DNA of 64,000 nt from Bacteroidota bacterium. GTDB lineage: Bacteria > Bacteroidota > Bacteroidia > JADZBD01. This document shows positions 37,476 through 47,643 of the stretch, piece after piece. The DNA lies in contig JBFLYZ010000014.1 in the NCBI GenBank assembly GCA_040756415.1, positions 2,075 through 66,074 of the forward strand, in the 5' to 3' direction. Both the position numbers and the translations under genes were made by a program. The first letter of the stretch is position 1; every line of letters starts with the position of its first letter. The notes under the pieces are model-generated. The model was not told where the DNA came from and ran no database searches. It saw nothing but the letters and a program-made list of their open reading frames with translations.

Positions 37476-37548
37476 AACAATTGCCGTTGCGGAATATCCT
37501 CTTCTGCCGGGATATTTCCGCAATGCAAAACCTTCTTAGCTTTAGGGC

Positions 37549-37947
37549 GTGAAACGCCCGAAAAAAATACCCTTCAGCTTTGTGTTGGATTACCTTGAAC
37601 CGATCGGCCCGGTCGTAAAGCCCATGTTCGGCTGCTATGCCATTTATTCGGGCGAGAAGATCGTGCTGATCCTGCGCCAGCGCGAAGACCACCCGGATAT
37701 CAACGGCATCTGGATCGCCACTTCGCACGAGGCCCATGCCTCGCTGCGCAGGGAATTCCCGGGCATGCACTCCATCCCCATCTTCAGCGATGGCGCTACC
37801 GAGAGCGCCTGGCAGATGATCTCTTCCGCGAGCGATGACTTTGAAAGCTCGGCCATTCGCCTTTGCGAGCTGGTGCTGAAGAACGATGAGCGCATAGGCA
37901 GGATACCGCAGCGAAAAAGACCCGGGGCTAAGCGAAAGCGGTCATGA
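37549..37947 (+). CDS. TfoX/Sxy N-terminal-domain-like protein
   Basis: FVLDYLEPIGPVVKPMFGCYAIYSGEKIVLIL resembles the TfoX N-domain core (L..LG.V..R.MFGG.GLY..G..FAL). The start is uncertain (GTG at 37549). Confidence 0.35.
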   Translation: MKRPKKIPFSFVLDYLEPIGPVVKPMFGCYAIYSGEKIVLILRQREDHPDINGIWIATSHEAHASLRREFPGMHSIPIFSDGATESAWQMISSASDDFESSAIRLCELVLKNDERIGRIPQRKRPGAKRKRS

Positions 37948-38039
37948 CCGCAGGCGCCCGGGAAAGCGGGACTTTGCCGTTCCGGATTATCTTAATAATT
38001 TAGCCGTCCCTATTAATATTAACCCTAAAACCCCATACC

Positions 38040-38522
38040 ATGAAAGTTACCGTTGGTTCCAAAGCTCCCGATTTCGAGCTGCCCGACTCAGACAAGAAGA
38101 TGCATAAGCTGAGCGACTATAAAGGCAAGAACGTTGTGCTGCTCTTTTTCCCGGCAGCCTTTACAGGCGTGTGCACCAAGGAGATGTGCCAGAGCCGTGA
38201 CGATCTGTCGTTTTACAACAACATGAACGCGGTGGTGCTGGGCGTATCGGTGGATATGCCGTTTACGCTGGCCAAGTTCAAAGAGCTCAATAACCTGAAC
38301 TTCACCCTGCTTTCTGACTTTAACAAGGAGGCCATCACCGCTTACGGTGTGAAGTATGATAACTGGAGCGTGGGCCTCAAAGGGGTGGCCAAGCGCTCGG
38401 TTTTCGTGATCGACAAGGAGGGCGTGGTGCGCCATGCCGAGATACTGGAGAACGCTGGCGATTACCCGAACTTTGACGCGGTAAAGAAGGCCCTGGAAGG
38501 CATTGCCGAGCCGGTTAAATAG
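38040..38522 (+). CDS. Peroxiredoxin (AhpC/TSA-redoxin family)
   Basis: Peroxidatic Cys context [13 protein letters not shown] and a thioredoxin-fold pattern. 160 aa. Confidence 0.85.
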   Translation: MKVTVGSKAPDFELPDSDKKMHKLSDYKGKNVVLLFFPAAFTGVCTKEMCQSRDDLSFYNNMNAVVLGVSVDMPFTLAKFKELNNLNFTLLSDFNKEAITAYGVKYDNWSVGLKGVAKRSVFVIDKEGVVRHAEILENAGDYPNFDAVKKALEGIAEPVK

Positions 38523-38523
38523 A

Positions 38524-39252
38524 TCAGAAGTGGATCATGGCCACCGCGCAGCCCGATAGGATCACGAGGAACTTGATCAGGTTGAAGCGATGGTTCTCGC
38601 TGCTCTCGAACAGGATGGTGGTGGAGATGTGAAGGAAGATGCCGATAACGATCGCCATCAGCTTGTTGAAGTGAGCCGATATGTCCAGCAGATTTTCCCC
38701 GATGACAGCGGCCGTAAAGGTGCCCAGCGGGGTCATCAGCGCGAATACAAGCAGCCATAGTACGGCTGCTTGCTTTTTTATGTGCGACTGAAGGAGCATG
38801 CTCATCAGCGCGATGGCTATGGGGATATTGTGCAGGATGATGCCTGCCAGCAGCTCGCGCTGCGGAAAATCAGTGAGCTCGTTATGATAATTCTGCGCCA
38901 GGGGCATGCCTTCGAGAAAGGAATGGACGGACAGGGCGGCCATCATCGCGTACGGGAAAGCGTGCTGCTGATGGTCATGCTCGTGCACATGGATGTGGCC
39001 GTGCTCTATACCCTCTGAAAAAAATTCCATCAGCACCTGCAGCAGGAAACCGATGAGGATATAAAACCCGATATCGTGATCGCCCGAAGCGTAAATCTCG
39101 GGTATCAGGTGCATCACGCTGATGGCAAAGAGGTAGGCTCCGCTGAACGCAAGCAGCAGCTTGAGGTTCTTCGGGCTGATGCGCATGAACAGCACGCTTA
39201 TCCCGCTGATGATCACGGAAAGGAAAACGGATATGTAGATGAACCAGGTCAT
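38524..39252 (-). CDS. ZIP family metal (zinc) transporter
   Basis: His-rich loop (HGHIHVHEHDHQQH) between TM blocks, and conserved ZIP TM motifs (LAIALHNIPEGLA-like: HNIPIAIALMS). Confidence 0.85.
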   Translation of the reverse strand: MTWFIYISVFLSVIISGISVLFMRISPKNLKLLLAFSGAYLFAISVMHLIPEIYASGDHDIGFYILIGFLLQVLMEFFSEGIEHGHIHVHEHDHQQHAFPYAMMAALSVHSFLEGMPLAQNYHNELTDFPQRELLAGIILHNIPIAIALMSMLLQSHIKKQAAVLWLLVFALMTPLGTFTAAVIGENLLDISAHFNKLMAIVIGIFLHISTTILFESSENHRFNLIKFLVILSGCAVAMIHF

Positions 39253-39980
39253 GGCTTTTGCGCGATCAGGATCACGCGATCGGATACTGCCGCGTCAAAG
39301 GGATGTAAGGAATAATCACCGTACAAATCTACCATATTCAGCCCACAATCGCGGAGAATGGCCTGCAGATCGGTATGCGACAGGGCCTGAACCCTTTCGG
39401 TAAAGTGGTGAGTACGGCCCTGGTCGTCAATGGCTATCTCTTTAAAAATAAATCCTTTCTCTACGTAGCGCCTGATCTGGAAGCGAACCCCCTGGCAGGT
39501 CTTTTCCTCTCCCGGTACCAGGCAGCGGATCACCTTCTGCGCATTCAGGTAGTCCAGCACGAACAGGCCTCCCGGTTTCAGCCCTTTTACGGCCGAGCGT
39601 ATCACTTCACGGTTCTCGCGTTCGGTGCGGAAATACCCGAAGCTGGTGAACAGGTTCAGGATGGCATCGAAATAATTGATGCGGAACACTTTTCGCATAT
39701 CGTGCAGGTAAAACTCCAGCTTGTCGTTCGCAAAGCGCACCGCCTCGCGTATGTTATGGGCAGAAATGTCGATGCCGGTCACGTCAAAGCCCTTTTTGCT
39801 CAGGTAAATGCAATGCCGGCCTTTGCCGCAGGCCAGGTCGAGCACGCGCGATCCTGGGGCGGGCTTCAGCTTCCCGATCAGGTTGTCGAGAAAGAATTCG
39901 GCCTCCTGCTCATCGCGGTGGCTGTAGAGGACATGATAGTACGGGGAGTCGAACCAGGTCTCAAACCATTCTTTCTGCAT
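39249..39980 (-). CDS. Class I SAM-dependent methyltransferase
   Basis: Motif I (VLDLACGKGRHCIYL) and post-I acidic residue (DVTGIDIS). It overlaps the ZIP gene by 4 bp and lies 7 bp after the TolC-like gene. Confidence 0.8.
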   Translation of the reverse strand: MQKEWFETWFDSPYYHVLYSHRDEQEAEFFLDNLIGKLKPAPGSRVLDLACGKGRHCIYLSKKGFDVTGIDISAHNIREAVRFANDKLEFYLHDMRKVFRINYFDAILNLFTSFGYFRTERENREVIRSAVKGLKPGGLFVLDYLNAQKVIRCLVPGEEKTCQGVRFQIRRYVEKGFIFKEIAIDDQGRTHHFTERVQALSHTDLQAILRDCGLNMVDLYGDYSLHPFDAAVSDRVILIAQKP

Positions 39981-39986
39981 CAGCGG

Positions 39987-41462
39987 TCATTTTACCAGCG
40001 CATCGTAGGGAGCGCTGAGGGGCTGGTTGGTCTCGAAATCATACAGGGTGATCCTGCGTATCTCGAAATAGCTCCGCCAGTAGGAACGGAGGGCTTCCAT
40101 GTAATTGCTGCGGGCGGTCTCTTTCTCTTTTTGCGCCAGCGAGAGGGTTTCAATATCGATCTTCCCGATCAGGAAGCGCTGCTTGGCGATGAGGAAGCGC
40201 TTGTGCGCCACCGTATCGGCCTTGGCGGCTATCATCAACTGGTCCTTCTGCATATTGAACTCCATCACCTTGATGAACACTTCCTGCTCGAAATCGGCCT
40301 GCGACTGCTCCACCACGGACTGCACCAGTTGCTGGTTGCTCAGCGCCATCTTGATCTGGGCTTTCGACTTTCCCCAGTCAACGATGGGCACCTGTATGCC
40401 TATGACCAGGGCCTGCTGCTCCAGGGGGTCATCGTACACCAGGTTGATGTTGTCAGCGCTCTGGGTAAGGCCATAGCTGCCGAAAATATTCACGCTGAAG
40501 CGGTTCTCGCGCCTGGCCTTTGCCAGGTCACGCTCGGCCTCAAGCAGCAGCACCTTGTTCTCGATAATGGAGGGCCGGTTCTGGAGGGCGAGCGTCTGCG
40601 CCTTGCTCAGGTCGACCGTGAAAAAGCTCACCGAGCTCATGGGCGAGATGAGCGCGAGCTCTGAATTATCCTTGATGCCCAGCAGGGATTTAAGCTGCAG
40701 GGTCTTTATCTGCACATCCAGTTTGGCCTGTGCCAGTTGCTGGTTGGCGTTAAGCAGGTTGAGTTCCATCTGCAGCAAATCGTTCTCGGCAATGGTGCCG
40801 ATCTCGTACCTCCCTTTGGTTATCTTATACAGGGTATCGTAGGTAGCCTTGTTAAGCAGGGCCGATTCCAGGTTAGACTGGGCCAGGAGCAGGTCGAAAA
40901 AAGCATCCGTGGCCTTGATGCAGAGGTTCTCCACGTCTTCCAGGTACTGCTGCTTGGCCTGCGAATATTTCAGCGGCTCTATCTTGTTATCCCACCGGTA
41001 AGGGTTAAAGGCGAAAAGCGGCTGGGTAAAGCCGATGTTTACCGGTGTGGAGAGGTAAGAGGTATCGCTGTACGGGCGGATAAGGGTAAGCTGCTGCAGG
41101 CTGGAGTTGACAAAAATGCTTCCGCCCGTCCAGCCCACCTGCTGGTTCAGCGAGAAACCACCGCTTGCCGAAAGGAACTCGGAACGGGTGAAGATATCGG
41201 AGCCGTCAGGAACGGAGATCTTGCGGATGGAGCTGAAATAGTTGGGCAGCGTGCCTTCGAAGCTCAGCGAGGGCAGCTTGGCCGAACGGTAGATACGGTA
41301 CTGCCAGTAGCTGTTGCTGAACTTGTTCTTGGCCTGAAGCGAAATGGACGACTGCGTTTTGGCCAGGTCGATCACATCCTTGAGCGTGAGCGTTTTTTTG
41401 TCCTGCCCGCGCAGCATAAGCGGGGCCAGCAGGCAGCAGCATATGAAAAAGCGTTTAATCAT
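39987..41462 (-). CDS. TolC-family outer-membrane efflux protein
   Basis: 491 aa with a signal peptide. It has two-fold repeated alpha-helical/beta-barrel TolC architecture with coiled-coil heptads (LQMELNLLNANQQLAQAKLDV… LLLEAERDLAKARREN). Confidence 0.85.
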   Translation of the reverse strand: MIKRFFICCCLLAPLMLRGQDKKTLTLKDVIDLAKTQSSISLQAKNKFSNSYWQYRIYRSAKLPSLSFEGTLPNYFSSIRKISVPDGSDIFTRSEFLSASGGFSLNQQVGWTGGSIFVNSSLQQLTLIRPYSDTSYLSTPVNIGFTQPLFAFNPYRWDNKIEPLKYSQAKQQYLEDVENLCIKATDAFFDLLLAQSNLESALLNKATYDTLYKITKGRYEIGTIAENDLLQMELNLLNANQQLAQAKLDVQIKTLQLKSLLGIKDNSELALISPMSSVSFFTVDLSKAQTLALQNRPSIIENKVLLLEAERDLAKARRENRFSVNIFGSYGLTQSADNINLVYDDPLEQQALVIGIQVPIVDWGKSKAQIKMALSNQQLVQSVVEQSQADFEQEVFIKVMEFNMQKDQLMIAAKADTVAHKRFLIAKQRFLIGKIDIETLSLAQKEKETARSNYMEALRSYWRSYFEIRRITLYDFETNQPLSAPYDALVK

Positions 41463-42813
41463 GCCTCAAAGATAAGATAGGATCCATTTGGGCGGCTCTG
41501 CGGGCGGGCCAGAAGCCGAATATAATGCCCACGCTCACCGATACGAGAAAAGAAACGATAATGGAAAACAGCGTGATGATGGTAGGCGTATCGGGCTTGA
41601 CCAGCGGAATGATGTAAGCGGTGGCGATGCCCAGCACCACCCCGATGAGCCCTCCTGACACGCTGACCAGTATGGCTTCGGTCATGAACTGGAGGATGAT
41701 ATCCTGCTTGGTGGCCCCGATAGAAAGGCGTATGCCGATCTCCTTGATCCGCTCCATGACCGATGCCAGCATGATGTTCATAATGCCTATGCCGCCAATC
41801 ACCAGCGAGATGCTGGCAATGGCCACCAGCAGCACGTTGAAGCTCTCCTTGGTCTCGCGCTGCTGCTTGAGCAGCAGTTCGGGTATCTTGATCTCGAAAT
41901 CCTCCACCTGCGAGTGCCTGCGCAGGAGCAGGCGCTGGATGATCTCCGAGGATTTGCTCAGGTACTCCGTTTCGCGTATCATCACTACGATCTTATCGAG
42001 CTGGTGGGTGTTCTCCACGCCTTCGCCCGATGTGCCGGTGGTTATCATGAAATCACCGCCAAATACCGTGGCCGATCCTCCCTGTATCTTTTGCTGGGTG
42101 ATGAGCCCGCGGTTCCGGTAGCGGACCAGCACGGTCTCCAGCGGGGCGTACACCTGGTTGTTGAAATTGCTGATGCCCAGGCTCTGCACGGAGGCTTCGC
42201 TTATATTCATCTTTTTCAGCACCCCGATCACCTGCAGCCATATGTTCCCGCATTTGATGTATTTGCCTATAGGCTCCTCGTTGGCGAAGAAGTGTTTCCG
42301 CACCCCGTCACCGATCACGCAGACCGGGCGCGTATGCAGGGCATGCTGCTCCCCGAAATAGCTTCCGGATTGCAGCTCCAGGTTCTGTATGCTGAAATAA
42401 TCAGGAAAGACCCCGGCCAGGTTGGCCCGCTTGCTGCGGCCGTCCTTGATCAGCGTCACCTCGTAATTCACTTCCGGGCTTACCCGCTCGGCCGTAGGCA
42501 GTATTTCGCGGATGGCCTTCGCGTCCTGGATGGTGAGGCCGCGCGAGAACTTGTTCTTTTCCTTGGCCGACTGGGCATCCTCTTCCGCGTTCTTCTTGTT
42601 CAGCAGGGGAGCGATCACAATATTGTTGACCCCTACCAGCTTCATCTGGTCCAGGATGTCCTGCTTGGTACCTTCACCAATGGCCAGCATGATGATTACA
42701 GCGCCCACGCCCAGGATCATGCCCAGCGAGGTGAGCACCGTACGCAGCGTGTTGGTCTTGATGGCATCAAAAGCGATCTGAAAATTATAGAGGTATTTCT
42801 CCATCGGGATCAC
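41455..42813 (-). CDS. ABC-transporter permease of the MacB/FtsX type (no fused ATPase)
   Basis: N-terminal TM (LRTVLTSLGMILGVGAVIIM), a large periplasmic MacB_PCD-like domain, and a C-terminal FtsX 3-TM bundle. Confidence 0.85.
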   Translation of the reverse strand: MIPMEKYLYNFQIAFDAIKTNTLRTVLTSLGMILGVGAVIIMLAIGEGTKQDILDQMKLVGVNNIVIAPLLNKKNAEEDAQSAKEKNKFSRGLTIQDAKAIREILPTAERVSPEVNYEVTLIKDGRSKRANLAGVFPDYFSIQNLELQSGSYFGEQHALHTRPVCVIGDGVRKHFFANEEPIGKYIKCGNIWLQVIGVLKKMNISEASVQSLGISNFNNQVYAPLETVLVRYRNRGLITQQKIQGGSATVFGGDFMITTGTSGEGVENTHQLDKIVVMIRETEYLSKSSEIIQRLLLRRHSQVEDFEIKIPELLLKQQRETKESFNVLLVAIASISLVIGGIGIMNIMLASVMERIKEIGIRLSIGATKQDIILQFMTEAILVSVSGGLIGVVLGIATAYIIPLVKPDTPTIITLFSIIVSFLVSVSVGIIFGFWPARRAAQMDPILSLRHD

Positions 42814-44060
42814 TGGAGGACCGTGAGGTCGATCTTTTCAGCGTTGTCAGGAACGGACAGGTACACTTCATCGCCTTCCTCGAGGCCTTTTTCTATGATG
42901 ATGGAATTATCGTTGCTCTGGCCGGTCTTCACTTCCTGCTTGACGGCACCGAAAGCCCCCGATTTATACACGAAGGTTTTGCCCTGCTCGGTATGGATGC
43001 ATTCCTGGGGCACGGAAAGCACACCAGGGATCCTGGCCGTGAGTATGATATTGCTGGTGGTCATGGCCGGGCGCAGGGTAGTGTCGGTCTCGTTGATCTG
43101 GATACGTACCTCGAAGACCTTGGCATCCGATTTAGGCAGTTGCTCGCCAACGTTCGCCACCTCGTATACCTTGCCGGTAAATTTTTTGTCGGGAAACGCA
43201 TCGATGCTGATGGATACGGTCTGGTCGACCTTTACCTTGCTGATGTCGATCTCGTTGATATAGGTGAGCGATATCATTTTGGTGAGGTCGGGCAGGGTAG
43301 CCACCGTGGGGTCCCAGGGGCTGATGGTAGAGCCTACGGATATCTTTTTTCCGTCCCAGTCGCGCTTGTAGATCACCATGCCCGCCTTGGGCGCCACGAT
43401 CACGAATTGCTCCACCACCTCCACGGTCTGTTCCATCTTGCGCTGCTGCTGGCTGAGCGTGGCGCTCACTTCCGACATCTTGGCCACGCTTTGCTGCTGC
43501 TTGAGGGTATAGTTCTTCTGGGCCTGCTCATAGGCGCGGGTGGCTTTGTCGAGCTCGATCTCGGCCTGGCGTATGGTAGCGGGCGGCTCGTACTTCGACT
43601 GGTCCAGCACCAGTTTTTTTTCCTCCATTGCGTACTTGAGGTTGATCAGCTCATCGCGCGCGGTGCGCAGCTCAAGGGCCGTATCCAACTGGGTCTTGGT
43701 GTACAGCGACTGGGTCTTTTCCAGCTCGCTCTCCAGGTCCTTCAGCTTGGCCGAGATCTCCACCCGGTCGAGCGTGGCGATGTAATCACCGGCCTTTACC
43801 ACGGTGCCTTCGGGAACCAGGTCGCTGATCTTGACCTGCCACACCCCAGCATTGCGCATGCCCACCGGGCCCAGAATGTTCTCGGAATTCTTGGCCTGCA
43901 GCTCGCCCGTACTGGTTACCGTGATCAGGAATTCTCCCTTCTTAACGGTAACGGTTACCTGCTCACCGTCCTTCTTGGAAGGGCTGAACAGGGTCCAGCC
44001 CGCAAGCAGCAGCACCAGGATGCCTCCGGTTATGATGTACTTACGCTTGGTCTTGCTCAT
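42810..44060 (-). CDS. Periplasmic adaptor (membrane-fusion protein, HlyD/MacA family)
   Basis: N-terminal anchor, a long coiled coil (…ELINLKYAMEEKKLVLDQSKYEPPATIRQAEIELDKATRAYEQAQKNYTLKQQQS…), and lipoyl/beta-barrel segments. Confidence 0.85.
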   Translation of the reverse strand: MSKTKRKYIITGGILVLLLAGWTLFSPSKKDGEQVTVTVKKGEFLITVTSTGELQAKNSENILGPVGMRNAGVWQVKISDLVPEGTVVKAGDYIATLDRVEISAKLKDLESELEKTQSLYTKTQLDTALELRTARDELINLKYAMEEKKLVLDQSKYEPPATIRQAEIELDKATRAYEQAQKNYTLKQQQSVAKMSEVSATLSQQQRKMEQTVEVVEQFVIVAPKAGMVIYKRDWDGKKISVGSTISPWDPTVATLPDLTKMISLTYINEIDISKVKVDQTVSISIDAFPDKKFTGKVYEVANVGEQLPKSDAKVFEVRIQINETDTTLRPAMTTSNIILTARIPGVLSVPQECIHTEQGKTFVYKSGAFGAVKQEVKTGQSNDNSIIIEKGLEEGDEVYLSVPDNAEKIDLTVLQ

Positions 44061-44220
44061 GGAGGGCTAAGATAGCAAGAAAGGGGCTTGCAGCCCCCAA
44101 ATTTTGACGGGCGGCTGCGGGCTTCCTGGCATAGCGCGGGCCGGGGCTATCGGCTTTTTCACGCATATCTTACCCGGCAGAAAAGCTGAAAAGATTTCTT
44201 TTCTATCTTTACTCGTTTTT

Positions 44221-47200
44221 ATGCGCAAACTGCTATTCCCTATCCTTTTGTGGCTCGCTTCCGCGGCATTTGCGCAGGAAATACGCTTCAAGCATATCAA
44301 CTCCAAAGACGGCCTGTCGCAGGCCATGGTCAACTGCATACTCAAAGACAGCAAGGGGTTTATGTGGTTCGCCACCCAGGACGGGCTGAACAAGTACGAT
44401 GGCTATTCCATGACCGTTTTCCGTCATGACCCCGATAATCCCAACTCCATTGCCATCAACGATATCAATACCCTGTACGAGGATGACCAGGGCATCATCT
44501 GGATAGGGACCAACGGTGGCGGACTGGATGCCTATAATCCCATGACCAACCGCTTCACCCATTTCGCTCATAGCGATTCGGTCAATACCTCCATCAGCAG
44601 CGATGTCATACGCTGCGTATTCAAGGATAAGGGCGGAACCTACTGGGTAGGCACCCGTGACGGGCTCAATAGTTTTGATGGTAAAACCAACCAGTTCACC
44701 CATTACAGGCGCGAGGATGGTAAGCCGGGTTCTATCAGCGATAATTCCGTATGGTCAGTCATACAGGATAAAAAGGGCCGGCTTTGGGTAGGCACCTACA
44801 ATGGGGGCATCAACCTGTTCGATCCGGCTTCCAATACCTTTACCTATTACCTTGACGTGGGAAGCGATGATGAGCTGAAATCGTACAACAGCAATAAGGT
44901 ACGCTGTATTTTTGCGGATAAGAGCGGAATGCTGTGGCTGGGCACGGATGCGGGCGGCCTGATCGCCTTCGATCCGGAAACGAAAAAGTACCTTGAATAT
45001 TTCAAGCACGACCCCGGGGACCCGTATTCGATCAGCAATGACCGCATCACGAGCATCGTGGAGGATAATTCGGGCAACCTGTGGGTGGGCACGCTTGACG
45101 GAGGCCTGAACAAGTTCTCGCCTGCATCCAAGAAGTTCGTGCATTTCGTCAATAACGAGCTGGACCCCTTCAGCCTGAGCAACGACAAGGTGCGCTGCCT
45201 GTACCGCGATCCGCAGGACGCCATCTGGATAGGCACGCAAACAGGCGGAGTGAACATTTATTTCGGCTCGGCCACCAAGTTCGAGCATTACAAGAAGAAA
45301 GAAGGCGCTGAGAATACGCTGCCCGGAAAGACCGTTTACGGCCTGATCGAAGACAGTGACGGCCTGCTGTGGATAGGCACGGACGGAGGCATCTGTACGC
45401 TCGATCGCAGCAAGGGCGTTTATACCACCCATCCTGATCTTACCATCTCTTCCAAGAACAAGACCGTTTACTCGGTGTACCAGGATAAAGATGGCCTGGT
45501 CTGGGTAGGCACGAACGGAGGCGGTGTTTGCACTTATAACAAAAAGACGGGGGAGATCAACAACTTCACCAGTCCTAAATCCAAGCTGTGGTCGGCAGAG
45601 AACAGCCAGATCAAGAACGGGACCATACTGAGCATTGTAGAGGACAGTAAAGGAAAAGTATGGATAGGCGCCTACGGGGATGAAGGCGGAGTGTATGTTT
45701 ATGATAAGGCATCCGGAGCGTTCACGCATTATTCCGAATCCACGGGCCTGGCCGCCAATAAAGTGTATGCCGTGTATATCGATAGCAAGGGGCAGGCGTG
45801 GATCGGCACCGATAACGGTGGGGTGAACATACTGGACGGGGCTACGGGCAAAATACTGAAGACCTACAAATACGATAAGAACAACCTGTCCGGAACGATC
45901 AGCTCCAATACCGTGTATTGCTTTTACGAGGACAAAGAAGGCAATATGTGGCTGGGCACCAAGAACGGGCTGAACAAGCTGCACCTGTCGGACGGGAGAA
46001 TAGACCATTATTACGTAAAGGACGGGCTGCCGAACGATAATATCTACACCATTGTTGAGGATGAGAAGGGCTATTACTGGCTGAGCACCAATAAAGGCAT
46101 ATCGCGCTTCAACCCGCAGGCGGAGAACAGGAACGGCTCGGCTTTCAGAAATTACGATGTGAACGATGGTCTTCAGGACGAGGAATTTGCCCAGTTTTCG
46201 GCTTTCCGGAATCCTAAAACTGGCGAGATCCTGATGGGCGGCCTCAATGGATTCAACTCCTTCTTCCCTTCGAAGATCCAGGATAACAGGCATATTCCGC
46301 CCGTATTCATTACCTCCTACAAGCGTTTCGGCAAGGAAGTGCTGCTCGATACGATCATTTCGGACAAGCGCTACATCGAGCTGTCATACAAAGACAATTT
46401 CTTCTCTTTCGAGTTCGCTTCGCTCGATTTTGTGTTCCCGGCCAAGAACAAGTATTCGTACAAGATGGAAGGAGTGGACGAGGATTGGTCGCCACCCAGC
46501 ACCAACCGGTACGCCAGCTATACCAACCTGAGCGGGGGCGAGTATGTGCTGCGCGTGCGCGCCAGCAACAACGATGGTTTATGGAACGAGGAAGGCGCTA
46601 CCCTGTACATCAAGATCATACCCCCTTTCTGGCGCACCAAGACCTTTTACGCGGTGTGTACCCTGCTGGCCATAGCGGGGGTATTCGGCTTCATTAAATG
46701 GAGAACGCGCGCCATACAGCAGGAAAAAAAGATACTGGAGGCCAAGGTGGCCGAGCGTACGGCCGAGCTGGCGCAAAAGAACAAGGATATTACCAGCAGC
46801 ATCGAGTACGCCAAGCGCATACAGGAAGCCATCCTTCCCCGCATCGAGCAGATACAGAAGCATTTCAACGATTCATTTATTCTGTATAGGCCCAAGGACA
46901 TTGTGAGCGGTGATTTTTACTGGTTCGGTGAGCGGGGCGGTAAAAAGATACTGGCAGTGGTGGATTGTACGGGCCATGGAGTGCCAGGCGCTTTCATGAG
47001 CATGATCGGCCATAACCTGCTCAACCAGATCATCATCGAAAAGGGAATAACCCGCCCGGACCAGATACTGAACGAGCTCAACCTGGGCGTTCAGACCGCG
47101 CTCAAGCAGGGTACGGGCGGGGTGGAGACCACCGATGGCATGGATGTGGCCCTGTGCGTGATCGACACGGAAAAGCGCGAGGTGGAGTTCGCGGGCGCCT

Positions 47201-47541
47201 TCCGTCCCCTGGTCATTGTCAGCAACGGCAAAATGGATAAGATCGATGGCAATAAGTTTCCTATTGGCGGCAAGCAGCTCGATTACGAGCGCATCTATAC
47301 CAGCCATACCCGCACCCTGAACAAGGGCGATTCCATTTATATGTTCTCTGACGGCTATGCCGACCAGTTTGGCGGAGAAAGGGGCAAGAAGTTCATGGTC
47401 AAGCGCCTGAACGAGCTGTTCCTGGCCATGGAGCCCTTCAGCATGAAAGAGCAGCGGGAACGCATGAACCATACCATTGAAGAATGGAAAGGCGCGCACC
47501 AGCAGGTGGACGATATCCTGGTGGCGGGCATACGGCTTTGA
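44221..47541 (+). CDS. Membrane sensor: periplasmic two-component-regulator propeller + Y_Y_Y domain, TM, cytoplasmic PP2C/SpoIIE phosphatase (SiaA-like)
   Basis: Signal peptide and about 14 Reg_prop-like repeats (GLSQAMVNCILKD…G.LW.GT..GL…). A TM helix (FYAVCTLLAIAGVFGFI) and coiled coil follow. The C-terminus has PP2C motifs (DIVSGDFYWF… VVDCTGHGVPGAFMS… DGYADQFGG… DDILVAGIRL). Confidence 0.8.
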   Translation: MRKLLFPILLWLASAAFAQEIRFKHINSKDGLSQAMVNCILKDSKGFMWFATQDGLNKYDGYSMTVFRHDPDNPNSIAINDINTLYEDDQGIIWIGTNGGGLDAYNPMTNRFTHFAHSDSVNTSISSDVIRCVFKDKGGTYWVGTRDGLNSFDGKTNQFTHYRREDGKPGSISDNSVWSVIQDKKGRLWVGTYNGGINLFDPASNTFTYYLDVGSDDELKSYNSNKVRCIFADKSGMLWLGTDAGGLIAFDPETKKYLEYFKHDPGDPYSISNDRITSIVEDNSGNLWVGTLDGGLNKFSPASKKFVHFVNNELDPFSLSNDKVRCLYRDPQDAIWIGTQTGGVNIYFGSATKFEHYKKKEGAENTLPGKTVYGLIEDSDGLLWIGTDGGICTLDRSKGVYTTHPDLTISSKNKTVYSVYQDKDGLVWVGTNGGGVCTYNKKTGEINNFTSPKSKLWSAENSQIKNGTILSIVEDSKGKVWIGAYGDEGGVYVYDKASGAFTHYSESTGLAANKVYAVYIDSKGQAWIGTDNGGVNILDGATGKILKTYKYDKNNLSGTISSNTVYCFYEDKEGNMWLGTKNGLNKLHLSDGRIDHYYVKDGLPNDNIYTIVEDEKGYYWLSTNKGISRFNPQAENRNGSAFRNYDVNDGLQDEEFAQFSAFRNPKTGEILMGGLNGFNSFFPSKIQDNRHIPPVFITSYKRFGKEVLLDTIISDKRYIELSYKDNFFSFEFASLDFVFPAKNKYSYKMEGVDEDWSPPSTNRYASYTNLSGGEYVLRVRASNNDGLWNEEGATLYIKIIPPFWRTKTFYAVCTLLAIAGVFGFIKWRTRAIQQEKKILEAKVAERTAELAQKNKDITSSIEYAKRIQEAILPRIEQIQKHFNDSFILYRPKDIVSGDFYWFGERGGKKILAVVDCTGHGVPGAFMSMIGHNLLNQIIIEKGITRPDQILNELNLGVQTALKQGTGGVETTDGMDVALCVIDTEKREVEFAGAFRPLVIVSNGKMDKIDGNKFPIGGKQLDYERIYTSHTRTLNKGDSIYMFSDGYADQFGGERGKKFMVKRLNELFLAMEPFSMKEQRERMNHTIEEWKGAHQQVDDILVAGIRL

Positions 47542-47643
47542 GCCGGATTTTGCCGAAAAGTGAATAAGCCATATATTTGTTCAGGCAACGTTAAACCTTA
47601 AACTGCCGTCTAGGTCATAAGAAATACCCAAACCCCTATTACT

